From contig JAYZEG010000037.1 in the NCBI GenBank assembly GCA_036337435.1, positions 1-64,000 on the forward strand: a stretch of DNA of 64,000 bases. Direction: 5' to 3'. This document shows positions 10,184 to 20,302 of the stretch, one piece after another; the first letter of the stretch is position 1, and each line of letters begins with the position of its first letter. Below the pieces are notes generated by a model that had not been told where the DNA came from, ran no database searches, and saw only the letters and a list, made by a program, of their open reading frames with translations. The position numbers were made by a program, and so were the translations under genes. This DNA is from Myxococcota bacterium (GTDB lineage: Bacteria > Myxococcota_A > Bradymonadia > UBA7976 > UBA1532).

Positions 10184-13100
10184 GTGAACACGATGAAAAG
10201 CAGCGTCGCTTTTCAATCGGCAGCGCAACGACCGCGTCCCAACAGGGTGAATGCGCGTCCCATGTGCGTCACATCCACACCATTCAAGCTTGCATTGACT
10301 TTAGTCGGTTTAACCTTGGCTCTGCCAGTGCACGCCCAACTCAGAGTAACGGCCATCGATTGGGTCCAAGGTCGGCCAGAAATTCCACACCCCGCTTTGA
10401 ATGGGAAATCAACCATTCTTCAAGCGGTGGCTGAAGGTGGTAATTGTGGCGGCAACTACCAATACCGTTGGGATTATAACGGCGATGGTGACTATGCTGA
10501 TGCGGGTGAAGAATGGCGAGCGTCATCGGCCGGCGGTCATCGCGCCGGATATTATGCTCCCGTTGGACTAGAAGTCCAATATCCAAATCAACTCGGCGAC
10601 CGTCTGTTTTTTCCGAAAGTGGAAGTTGATTGCGCCGGTGAGCGGCGGTCAACCACGATGCCCGTGCTCGTCAGAGTCGACAGGATTTGCGATGGATACC
10701 CAGAGCATATCGACGGACGTTGCGATGACGGAGACAATATCCTTTTGACACGGCAGACCCACCATGACCGGGTTGTCGACCGGTCTCTCTGGTGGATGTT
10801 CAATCGCATAAGTCACTACGACGATGATGGTCGCCGCGGCGGAATCCACTCATGTGTTTATTGGGGCTCCCCGACCTATTATGGACAGGGCCATATGCTC
10901 AATGCCTTTCTCAGGCGCAGCCATGGTTTTGGAGCGGGCCGGGAGTCGGACCCATATTATCGCCACGTGACTCAATGCGGCCTCAATGCACTGGTTGGCA
11001 CCTACAACATGGTGGGCGGCAATTGGTTCGACGACGACGGGACCCGCGGTTGGGATGGATGGCGTATGCAATATACCGATGGACGTCTTGGTGGTGGTTC
11101 CCATTGGTCAAGTTATGCGTCTACAGCATGGGTCGAGCCGCTCGCCAATTACGGCAATGCTGAATATCGGACACCCGGCGGCGAAAACAACGTCCGTGGT
11201 CGAGAACTGCGTGATCTCGCCGGCGACTTAGCCGATGGGCTGGTCTACTGCATGGCTGACAGCGGCCAGTGGTACTACAGCTGTCGCAGCGATGGGCATG
11301 CCGACGCATCCACCAATGGCTGGGCACCAGAGGCACTGCGATTGCTAGAACGCAAGTTCGGAACAAATACATACGGATGGGCCAAAGACCGACAACGCAA
11401 TTGGTTAAATGCCCACTGCAGCCACAACAGCAACAACGACCACCGTCTATTCGGCTGTAATTACCACACTGAAAATGTAGGTGGCGGCTACGGTAAACTC
11501 GCTGGTAACGCTCTGGTTGGCTACGGCTGGACCCAGGATCAGGATTTTAACAATCACCGCGGAGACACGGGCTGGCGAATGCATGGGCATTGGGTCGCGG
11601 CCAGCAGACTGAATCACAATTGGTGGGGCTTGTACTTTATGTACGCCACAACCAAAGGGATGCGGTCCTTTGTGCCTGAGCGACGAGAGTTCGAAAATGG
11701 GCGCGATTGGGCAACCGAATTTGCACATTTCTTACTGAGCATAAGTGAAAATGACCAGTATTGGCGTTGGTGCACAAACGAAGGTGGAGCGGGGGAATGT
11801 TACTGGCATTGGAAAGCCAGTATTAACCGGGATACATCGACCGCTCTATCAACCCAAATTGTACAAACATGGCTCGAGACGCAGGCCCTGGCTCGGGCAA
11901 CACCACAAGAGACAGGACCCGGAATCGACATTACTTTCGATCATAGTTGGTCTCACATATTGGATCCTGCAGTCACCCTGACTCGATTCCGTTGGAACGT
12001 GCGCAATCAACCCGAAGACGATGAAAACGGAGATGGTGTCGTCGACGTTGATGAGATCCAGTGGGATTTTGAAACCAACGATCCAACCGAAGTGTTTCGC
12101 TATCAATATAACGAAGACTTGGGTTGGGACGATGTCCGACGATTTAAAGTCACCCTGGAAGTCACCGATTCTTTTGGACGGACAAATTACGATGACAAAT
12201 CTGTCCAGATTACGCTCTCTCTCAAAAACCACCCACCGGTCATCGTTGGGCATCCACAAGGACTCAATAGCTACTACACCGGTTATATCGGCGCGGCGAT
12301 CAATCTCGATCCTCGAGCAACCAATGACGTCGATGCAGATCATGAGGTCTTTCCTGGCGACGCGGAGAAGCCCCGCGGCATTCCCGACCGAATCACATCC
12401 ATCTGTTACGATATCGACTTGGACGACAATTGGTGTGAAGCCGGTGAAGATGCGACCAACGGGCCTATTAGCTTCATCCCGCAAGCCGGTATGCAAGTGG
12501 GAGATCGCATCGCGATTCCGATTCGCGCGTGCGACGATGGTCGATGGAACGGAAAATGCTATCAGCCTGGTGATGGCGGGCCCGCCCACTTAACCCGTGC
12601 CGATTGCAGTGACTGTGCTTTTGGTTCAGTCGGTCTAGAACTCGTCCATAACCGTGAGCCACCAACCATTGAGTCAGCCCAGCAGGTATACGAAGTAGAG
12701 CCGGCGGAACAAATTGAATTGGATTTTAGTAACAGCACCGACCCGGAAGGCGTGCTCGGCGATGGCTCGGCCCACAATGGGGTTCGATTCACGTATCGAC
12801 TGCCTGACGGTGGCGGTCGGATCGAGCCAACACCGGGCTACGATGACCCTAACGATTTTGGACCAAGGCCCACATTTATACCAGACGGAGATGGCAACCT
12901 TGATGTGCGTCTCATCGTCCGGGCGACGGATTTTGCCGGCTCCGCCTCTGAGTCAGATTTTACGGTTCGGGTCGCCAATGCACCCCCTACGCTAGATGAC
13001 TGGAATCCACGCTTTACACCTCGACCGCCCGTGGTGAGAGACCAGCCCATCATTGAAAATTTAGGGGGGAGACGATATCGACTGACGGTTGATGCTGCTC

Positions 13101-16100
13101 CGGATCCTGGGTGGGATGCGTACATCGATTATTCAACGACTGAGCCATTCAATGAGCCTGTCACGGTAACCGCTGACATGGATGGTGACGCCGTGACTGA
13201 CTTAAGCACCCAGGTACGTGCCGGGTCTCTGGGTCCATTTACCTTCGCTTTGGGTGGCGTCCACAGAGTCATGACCGTCACTGTCTCCGATGGAGAGGAT
13301 TCCGACACGCAGCAACGCAATGTGGAAATCCCCCCGATTCCAGAAAACGTACGGCAGGAAATGCGCTTTTCCGTCGACATCGGCGGAGACGGGTCCATGG
13401 AATTGGCCAATAGCAATCGCTCGACGATGGAGTTTTTTGCGCCACAAGGGGCGAGCGAGATCCGAGTGACAGGGCTTGTGATTGGGAATGGGTTTAGAGT
13501 GCCATTTGACGCAGGAGATGTGCCCCTGCCCAACAACGCACCATCCATTCAGTCGGTTCGCGTGGCAAATCAGGATGGATACAATGTGGTTCTCGTCTCC
13601 AATGCCTTCGACACGGACAACGATCCCATCACATACACAATCAACTGGGGGGATGGAACACCGCCACAGCCAACCCGTGCGGTGATCGCAACCCATAGTT
13701 ATCCGAGGGGCCGATACGAAACCTACCAAGTGACGGTAACCGCCGAGGATGTGCGCGGTGGGCGCGACGAACATCAACTCAGTATTGCCATCGAAGAGCC
13801 ACAAATCATCAAGGCCGATATCGGTTCTCTCACGTGGCGCAAGATTACGCCCACAGAAGGTCGATATGATGGGGTCCGTAGTCTGGCGATTACACCGTCC
13901 GGGCGGGTCTTCATACATAACTACATAGATGAAATCCGTCGTCTCCGTGATGATGGACAGACCTGGGATACCGTTCTCGATGACGTCGAATGTTGCGGCG
14001 CGATGGTTTCTCGTGGCCCCGGGGAAATCATCTTGGCCAGTCCAGATGGACTCTATTACACCAACGATGATGGGGCGACGTGGGCCTTGTGGGCTGAGCA
14101 AAAGTTCACCAATGTTGCTTTATCACCAAACGGTGAATTTGTGATCGCATCAATCCATGATGAAATTTTTCGCTTTGACTTCACCGGCAATCTCGCCGAT
14201 CGGTTTGAGGCCGCGGCTCCCGTACATGACATGGACAGCTGTTCGACTGGGAACCGTTCAGCATTCACAACGACCAGGGGGCTTCTCATGGTCAACGATG
14301 ATGCCAGTCTTGCTGCTGACCAATGGCGAGTTCCCGAGGCTAGATTCTCGAAAGGCCAAGGGCAGAGTAGTGTTTCATTTGACGAGGAGTGCAACCTGTA
14401 TCAGGGGATGTGGAATGGATATCGAGTTTGGTCCTACCCGGACGGCCCTGCCATACCAGCGTCGAACAAATCACCCAACCATTTGATCCATCCAAGCGGC
14501 AGTCATGGCCACCACATTCACCGTGGAACGGCCAACATCAACGACATTTTAGCCTGGCCTGGCGGCCCGTATATCGTTGCAACAGCCCGTGGAATATACG
14601 CCTCTGAACAACACCATAATGCAAAGACAACACCGTATTGGAAGACACATAATAGTGGGATCACAAGGTCGACAATCGGTCGAAAAATGGCTGTGAGCCC
14701 CACGTCAGGGTATGCCTATCTGGCAACCAGTGCAGCTACACAGGTTCCGAAGTATTGCAGAAAAGCGAGAAGTCGTCGCCGACGAAACTTTCGGTTTAGA
14801 CGACGTCGAAGCGGACGACAACAACAATATTATTACGTGTTTTGCGGCTACACATTTCACTATTACGGGGGTCTATACCGGTCGTCTACACCACTGGTGA
14901 ACATGAAGGTCATCGGCAGTGGTGGCAGTGCCTTCAAAACTCTAAACACCCGTGGGACGGTGTATTCAGACGATGCTGATGGCTTGATCGTCGACATTCG
15001 CGAACAAACCAATGCACCATTGTGGCTGCCGGATACCGCCAACAGCACCTTAGTCCGATGGGATACGACGGGACCAGACCCGCGTGCCGTTGGAACATAT
15101 CGTGTGGGCCTACCGGCTGGAGAATGCCCTGATACATGTTGCTGGAACGACGGCTGTAACATGGCCAGTCGAGTTTCCGTTGACGATAAGGGGGATGCCT
15201 ACATCGCCACAATTGGCTTTGGCATGCAAGGAACGGTGACGAAAGTGGCCGGCAACATTGCCCGATGTATAGACCGCAATGGGAATAATCAAATCGAGAC
15301 CTCAACAAATGATGTCGCCCTCGATTATGGCGAAGATGAATGTATTATTTGGTCTGCCCCGGTCGGTGGCGAGAACGCATTACTGCGGTCAATGGTGATC
15401 GATCAGGGAGACGACCTTAGACCCGATGGATATGTATGGGTCGGTGCCTACAACGAATCAAGACTGTACAAGCTCGATCCCAATAACGGGCAAGTTGTGA
15501 ATTCAGTCGAGCTTGATTTAGCGCCCTTTGGGTCGGTCATCGATGGTGGAGGGCGCGTGTGGGTGACGAGTCTCGGCGATGCATCCATGCAGTCGGTCGA
15601 TACCAGCACCGACGCCGTGGGCCCCTTGGTACAAAATCCGCAGGCACTCAGAGACGGTTGTCGAAACTCGTACGGCTCGACAATTGATCACTATGGCCGC
15701 ATTTGGCTCGCAGGCTGGGAATGTAATGATGCCGTCGCGTACGATCCCAGAACAGAGTCATGGTGTCGGGTTGCAATGCCGCGAAATCGAACCGGGGGCC
15801 GGGGTATTACCGTCGATCATAATAACCGAATTTATACCGCATTGGGTGGTGACGGCCCCTCTGGAATTGCCTGGTGGGAAGCGGACGACTGCGTGGCTGA
15901 CAATACCTTTAATGCCATTCATTATCGGAATACAGCGCCCAATACGATCGGGGCATCATCCATCGACATCGACCGCCTTGGCCGAGTTTGGCTTGCACAC
16001 TCAATTTCAAGAAGTCTATTTCGACTCAGCACGTTGGCTGGTGTCACGACACGTCAATGGGACAATGCAAAGCGCGTTTACTCCTTCGCTGACTCAACCG

Positions 16101-16450
16101 GATTGGTTCGCAAAAATAGTCTCGGAATCGGCACCTATACGGAAGATATAGAGGCCGATTGTGATAATCCGACCTGGTCGCAACTGGTTTGGACGGCCGA
16201 TGTACCAGATGGGGGTGACATCAGCTTCACGGCACGCACCGCAAATCAGAGAAATAAGCTCGCCCAAGGCGCATCAGTACTCGTTGGCCAGCTCGCCGAC
16301 GACGGTGGACCAAACCAAATCGGAGACGCCTTAGACGATCAGGGTGTCATCTCGAGACGCTTTCTCAGGGTTCAAGCCAGGCTTAAACGCTCAAATGACG
16401 GAACCAGTCCCGTACTACGCCGGTTCTCTGTCCTATGGTCCTGTGACTGA
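10184..16450 (+). CDS. Giant secreted multidomain protein (prenyltransferase/squalene-cyclase-like helical domain, PKD/Ig repeats, BNR-like and Vgb-like beta-propellers)
   Basis: Signal peptide ending VHA-Q; PKD signatures (YTINWGDG, THSY, YRWDYNGDG); Asp-box-like TNDDGATW; propeller repeats (D..GRVW); CIDRNGNNQIETS and YSFADSTG motifs seen in myxobacterial Vgb-like domains. Confidence 0.75.
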   Translation: MNTMKSSVAFQSAAQRPRPNRVNARPMCVTSTPFKLALTLVGLTLALPVHAQLRVTAIDWVQGRPEIPHPALNGKSTILQAVAEGGNCGGNYQYRWDYNGDGDYADAGEEWRASSAGGHRAGYYAPVGLEVQYPNQLGDRLFFPKVEVDCAGERRSTTMPVLVRVDRICDGYPEHIDGRCDDGDNILLTRQTHHDRVVDRSLWWMFNRISHYDDDGRRGGIHSCVYWGSPTYYGQGHMLNAFLRRSHGFGAGRESDPYYRHVTQCGLNALVGTYNMVGGNWFDDDGTRGWDGWRMQYTDGRLGGGSHWSSYASTAWVEPLANYGNAEYRTPGGENNVRGRELRDLAGDLADGLVYCMADSGQWYYSCRSDGHADASTNGWAPEALRLLERKFGTNTYGWAKDRQRNWLNAHCSHNSNNDHRLFGCNYHTENVGGGYGKLAGNALVGYGWTQDQDFNNHRGDTGWRMHGHWVAASRLNHNWWGLYFMYATTKGMRSFVPERREFENGRDWATEFAHFLLSISENDQYWRWCTNEGGAGECYWHWKASINRDTSTALSTQIVQTWLETQALARATPQETGPGIDITFDHSWSHILDPAVTLTRFRWNVRNQPEDDENGDGVVDVDEIQWDFETNDPTEVFRYQYNEDLGWDDVRRFKVTLEVTDSFGRTNYDDKSVQITLSLKNHPPVIVGHPQGLNSYYTGYIGAAINLDPRATNDVDADHEVFPGDAEKPRGIPDRITSICYDIDLDDNWCEAGEDATNGPISFIPQAGMQVGDRIAIPIRACDDGRWNGKCYQPGDGGPAHLTRADCSDCAFGSVGLELVHNREPPTIESAQQVYEVEPAEQIELDFSNSTDPEGVLGDGSAHNGVRFTYRLPDGGGRIEPTPGYDDPNDFGPRPTFIPDGDGNLDVRLIVRATDFAGSASESDFTVRVANAPPTLDDWNPRFTPRPPVVRDQPIIENLGGRRYRLTVDAAPDPGWDAYIDYSTTEPFNEPVTVTADMDGDAVTDLSTQVRAGSLGPFTFALGGVHRVMTVTVSDGEDSDTQQRNVEIPPIPENVRQEMRFSVDIGGDGSMELANSNRSTMEFFAPQGASEIRVTGLVIGNGFRVPFDAGDVPLPNNAPSIQSVRVANQDGYNVVLVSNAFDTDNDPITYTINWGDGTPPQPTRAVIATHSYPRGRYETYQVTVTAEDVRGGRDEHQLSIAIEEPQIIKADIGSLTWRKITPTEGRYDGVRSLAITPSGRVFIHNYIDEIRRLRDDGQTWDTVLDDVECCGAMVSRGPGEIILASPDGLYYTNDDGATWALWAEQKFTNVALSPNGEFVIASIHDEIFRFDFTGNLADRFEAAAPVHDMDSCSTGNRSAFTTTRGLLMVNDDASLAADQWRVPEARFSKGQGQSSVSFDEECNLYQGMWNGYRVWSYPDGPAIPASNKSPNHLIHPSGSHGHHIHRGTANINDILAWPGGPYIVATARGIYASEQHHNAKTTPYWKTHNSGITRSTIGRKMAVSPTSGYAYLATSAATQVPKYCRKARSRRRRNFRFRRRRSGRQQQYYYVFCGYTFHYYGGLYRSSTPLVNMKVIGSGGSAFKTLNTRGTVYSDDADGLIVDIREQTNAPLWLPDTANSTLVRWDTTGPDPRAVGTYRVGLPAGECPDTCCWNDGCNMASRVSVDDKGDAYIATIGFGMQGTVTKVAGNIARCIDRNGNNQIETSTNDVALDYGEDECIIWSAPVGGENALLRSMVIDQGDDLRPDGYVWVGAYNESRLYKLDPNNGQVVNSVELDLAPFGSVIDGGGRVWVTSLGDASMQSVDTSTDAVGPLVQNPQALRDGCRNSYGSTIDHYGRIWLAGWECNDAVAYDPRTESWCRVAMPRNRTGGRGITVDHNNRIYTALGGDGPSGIAWWEADDCVADNTFNAIHYRNTAPNTIGASSIDIDRLGRVWLAHSISRSLFRLSTLAGVTTRQWDNAKRVYSFADSTGLVRKNSLGIGTYTEDIEADCDNPTWSQLVWTADVPDGGDISFTARTANQRNKLAQGASVLVGQLADDGGPNQIGDALDDQGVISRRFLRVQARLKRSNDGTSPVLRRFSVLWSCD

Positions 16451-16834
16451 GCGTTGGCCGGACTTATTTGGAAATTGAATTCCTTGTTAAGCCCTTGATT
16501 AGGACACGTCTTGCCCACAGAATAGAGTCGTGTCATGTCTACGGTGAGGGGCAATGTCTTAAAGGTGAGCGACCGTAATGGAAAGCTGTTTTTTCAACCG
16601 GCAGCCATGGTTCAACTGGGACCAATTTGGTCATAGCAATCAGCCTCCGGATCCATTCAAACGGCCTGCGAGAACCCGTGTTGTGGGGTGCCTGAATCGT
16701 GATGAAAGCGGCATCAATTGCCCTTTCATTTATGACAGTCACCGGATTATTAACAAGCGTGGTGCTTTTAGACCAAGCCTCTGTGGCCATCAAGCCATGG
16801 ATGTCAGCTTGGCGAAGGCGGAGGTCTAAAATCC

Positions 16835-19800
16835 ATGCTACACCTCTGCTATTCCAATCGGTTTGAAGTCCTGTGCGCCCCCCTTGCAGAGCGCCTAAGA
16901 CAATCGCAGCTCAGAGATCCCCTTGAGCCGGCGCACATCATCGTTCCCAATCCAACAGTCGAACAGTTTCTTCGTTTCGATATAGCTCAGACCGCAGGTG
17001 TGGCCGCGCATTTAAACATCAAGTTGATGAATACGTTTTTGAGGGACTGCGTTGAAGAAAGCCGGGCAAACATACGCGTCGTCGACAAATCAGAACTCCA
17101 ACTCTACCTCTATCATCGTATCCAGGATGACGCATTTCTAGAGCGCAATGAACTCGGTACAATATCGCGTTATCTCGACTATGCGTACGCCGCCTCCAGT
17201 CGCCAGGTGAGAGCCTTCCTACTGGCGGGTGAACTCGCGCGTTTGTTTGAAGAGTACAGTTTAAGCCGGCGCGATATTTTGGAGTTTTGGGCAACCCATC
17301 CACCTAAAAGCAATGTTCAGGAAACGCAGGTCAGCGCGTGGCAACATCGGCTATATCGAGCGTGTTTTGATTCTCAAAAATGCTTAAAAGGACTGGGGTC
17401 GAAAGACGACCAGCTCGATTTTTTTTCCACATCTCAAGACCAGCAGCGACACATGATGCTGATCGATGCGATTCACCATCTTGGAGACGAGCTTAAGTTA
17501 CCGAGAGAGGTTCATTTATTTGGTCAATCCTATGCGGCCCCTGCATTCATAGAAATCTACGGTCGCCTGAGTCATTTAACCGAACTCTTCGTCTACGCCC
17601 TCAACCCATGCATCGAATTTTGGGAGGACATCCATAAAACTGGATTGGCTCAGCTTAAATTAGAAGCTGTGCAGCAGCTGGAAGCCCGACAAGCCATCAA
17701 TTTAGATGAGGCTGACCCATTTCGACTGACAGCCGATGCAGACAACCCTGCGCTGAGACTGTGGGGACGTCCAGGACGTGAATATATCCATTTACTCAAT
17801 GAACTCACTCAAGCTGAGTTTGTCTCAGGTTTTCTAGATCCGCTCTCATCGACAGAGACGCTTCTGGCCCAGCTTCAACATGATATCCTCGTTCGAGCAC
17901 CCATCCCGGATGAAACAGGGTCTCATCTACCCATCGACGATAGTATCAAGATTTCGGCCTGTCCGACGCTCAGACGAGAGGTTGAAGTCGTAGCGAAAAC
18001 CATCTGGCATGCTGTTGAAGAAAGCCAGAAGCAACCCAATCCAATACGTTTTCATGAGATTGCGATCCTATGCCCTGAAGGTGAAAGAGACCGATACCTT
18101 GCTCAAATCGAGGACGTCTTCGACGCACATGACCGAATCCCGGTTCAGTTTTTAGATCAAAGCTTAGCGCAAAAGAGTGCTGTTTTCGGGCTGATTGAAG
18201 CACTCTTAGAACTGCCGATGACCACCCTTGATCATGAACGTATGACGCGCGTCCTATATCACGAGAATTTGCACGGTTCATCGGCAGCAATTCGACAAAC
18301 ATGGCGCGATTGGATCGACGATTTGAATGTCTGCTACGGAGCCGACAGCGATGATCTGGCCGGCACCTATCTCACCGGAGACGCATACCATTGGGAGCAG
18401 GCACTCCTACGCATCTTGGTCGGACATTTTATAGGTCAGGTGCCCACAAACCGCCAAGACCCCATTCAGTGGCATGATGAGATAATTTCGCCTTTGGAGA
18501 GCGCCAGCGAAGATAGAGCCGTCATTTCCATGTTTGCCAGTTCGATTTACGACCTCATGGTCGACGCTCGGCGTATGGGACGAAGTGAGCTGACTCTGAC
18601 AGACTGGGGCCGATATATTTGTCGCTTATTCAACCGGTACGTTATGCCACTATCCGCCGTCGATGAAATGGTGCTGGACAGATGCATCCGCTGCGTGGAG
18701 CGACTGGCTGATCGGCAGTTGGATGACAAACCGCTTCCCTACCCCATCGTCAGGGAACTCCTGCTTATTGATTTAGGTCGAGTTGAGAGCAATCGCTCAC
18801 AACACCGTGCTGATGGTGTTGTGGTCTCAGCACTATTACCTATGCGGACATTGCCGTTCCGACATCTTTTTGTCCTGGGTTTGGGCGAAGGTTTGTATCC
18901 GGGTATCGAGCAGCCTAATCCCCTCGATCTCAGGTCTCTTAAGCGTTATCCAGGCGATGTAAGCTCATCGGAACGAGATCGGTATCTGTTCTTGGAAACC
19001 ATCCTCGCGACCCGTGAATGCCTACACCTGTCATACGTGGGTCAAAACCCAACTACAGCTGAGTCCCTGGACCCATCACCCGTCATCCGGGAACTTGAAT
19101 TTGTACTGCGTCCATACATCGGCCGAGATGGACTTCAAAGGCTAACGACGGTCCATCCAATGACGGGATGGGATGCGACATATTTTGACCCAGTAGACCC
19201 AAACCCAACCAATATGGCTTACTCTGAGGCCGCTCATGCCCTCTCAAAACTGCCCCAGGGTTGGACCGAGTCGCCGGATGCTCTTGAGACGTATGAAGGC
19301 CTCATTAGAGGGTTTAAAATTATCGAACCAAAACACGATGCAGGGTACACATTCACACCGCCCGACTCGGTGACGATGGGGACCATTAGAGGCTTTTTAA
19401 TGTCGCCGCTTCAACAGTCGGCGAAAACCGTCCTCAGAATGCAAGAGTTGGAGTCGAGGCCACCCATCACCAGCGAGCCCATTACTTTGGACTCACTCGC
19501 GCGATATCAGCTCTTGACCGATGTGTTTTGGAGCTATCGCGAAGACGGAACAAGTCTTGAGTCACATTATCAAGACGCCGCAAAGAAACTGTATCTGAAA
19601 AACAGCTATCCAACTGGCCCATTTGCCACGGCGACTATGGCGGATGATTTGAAGACGTTGGAGCGTTGGCTGAGTGTGGTTTCCGATTTAACTGACAATC
19701 CACGTCATGAATGGACGCATCGCGTCTTCGGGCCGTGTGATGAAGCCGCGTTAATTGACCATCAATATGACAGCCTAGACATCCACCTCAGTGACCAACA

Positions 19801-20302
19801 TAAAATTAAATTACAAGGGCGACTGGAGGCGTACCACCCCGGTGATTTTACCATTATCTCACCGGTGGTCTCAGAGCGGCTCTCGGACAAGCATTGGCTC
19901 AAGGGTATGGTCAGCATTCTTATCATGTCTGCAGCCGGCTTCAACTTGCCGGAAACCGTCAGGGTGCTCTTACCTTGCGCGGGCGACGCCCCATCCTTCA
20001 AGCAGACCAGGGTTTATCGAGTGCCACCACAAGCCTATGCCATCGACTGGTTAAAGGCTGTGATCTCTGACTTGTGTCAAGGATTTCACGCATACAGACT
20101 ACCCATTGAAGTGGTCTACAAGTGGTATCGAGCTCGCTTGGAGTCTCCTGATGCCAAACCCAATCTGAACGCCAATCAGGACACGTCTGACCGATTTGGA
20201 CCCATCGTGAATCCAAACCAATTTGATTTACCACCCATTGAACTGGCAGATGAAATGGTTATGCGCCGCTTCGACTTGATCCTCCGTATGGAGGCGAACT
20301 GA
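16835..20302 (+). CDS. recC: Exodeoxyribonuclease V gamma subunit
   Basis: MLHLCYSNRFEVL, LNPCIEFW, NPALRLWG, LQHDIL, LLPMRTLPF, DRYLFLE; GGAGG RBS. Confidence 0.93.
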   Translation: MLHLCYSNRFEVLCAPLAERLRQSQLRDPLEPAHIIVPNPTVEQFLRFDIAQTAGVAAHLNIKLMNTFLRDCVEESRANIRVVDKSELQLYLYHRIQDDAFLERNELGTISRYLDYAYAASSRQVRAFLLAGELARLFEEYSLSRRDILEFWATHPPKSNVQETQVSAWQHRLYRACFDSQKCLKGLGSKDDQLDFFSTSQDQQRHMMLIDAIHHLGDELKLPREVHLFGQSYAAPAFIEIYGRLSHLTELFVYALNPCIEFWEDIHKTGLAQLKLEAVQQLEARQAINLDEADPFRLTADADNPALRLWGRPGREYIHLLNELTQAEFVSGFLDPLSSTETLLAQLQHDILVRAPIPDETGSHLPIDDSIKISACPTLRREVEVVAKTIWHAVEESQKQPNPIRFHEIAILCPEGERDRYLAQIEDVFDAHDRIPVQFLDQSLAQKSAVFGLIEALLELPMTTLDHERMTRVLYHENLHGSSAAIRQTWRDWIDDLNVCYGADSDDLAGTYLTGDAYHWEQALLRILVGHFIGQVPTNRQDPIQWHDEIISPLESASEDRAVISMFASSIYDLMVDARRMGRSELTLTDWGRYICRLFNRYVMPLSAVDEMVLDRCIRCVERLADRQLDDKPLPYPIVRELLLIDLGRVESNRSQHRADGVVVSALLPMRTLPFRHLFVLGLGEGLYPGIEQPNPLDLRSLKRYPGDVSSSERDRYLFLETILATRECLHLSYVGQNPTTAESLDPSPVIRELEFVLRPYIGRDGLQRLTTVHPMTGWDATYFDPVDPNPTNMAYSEAAHALSKLPQGWTESPDALETYEGLIRGFKIIEPKHDAGYTFTPPDSVTMGTIRGFLMSPLQQSAKTVLRMQELESRPPITSEPITLDSLARYQLLTDVFWSYREDGTSLESHYQDAAKKLYLKNSYPTGPFATATMADDLKTLERWLSVVSDLTDNPRHEWTHRVFGPCDEAALIDHQYDSLDIHLSDQHKIKLQGRLEAYHPGDFTIISPVVSERLSDKHWLKGMVSILIMSAAGFNLPETVRVLLPCAGDAPSFKQTRVYRVPPQAYAIDWLKAVISDLCQGFHAYRLPIEVVYKWYRARLESPDAKPNLNANQDTSDRFGPIVNPNQFDLPPIELADEMVMRRFDLILRMEAN

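Noticed and set aside
16451..16834. Small ORFs (83-84 aa) or structured RNA between the giant gene and recC
   Set aside because: Only short scattered inverted repeats; ORFs lack RBS or motifs
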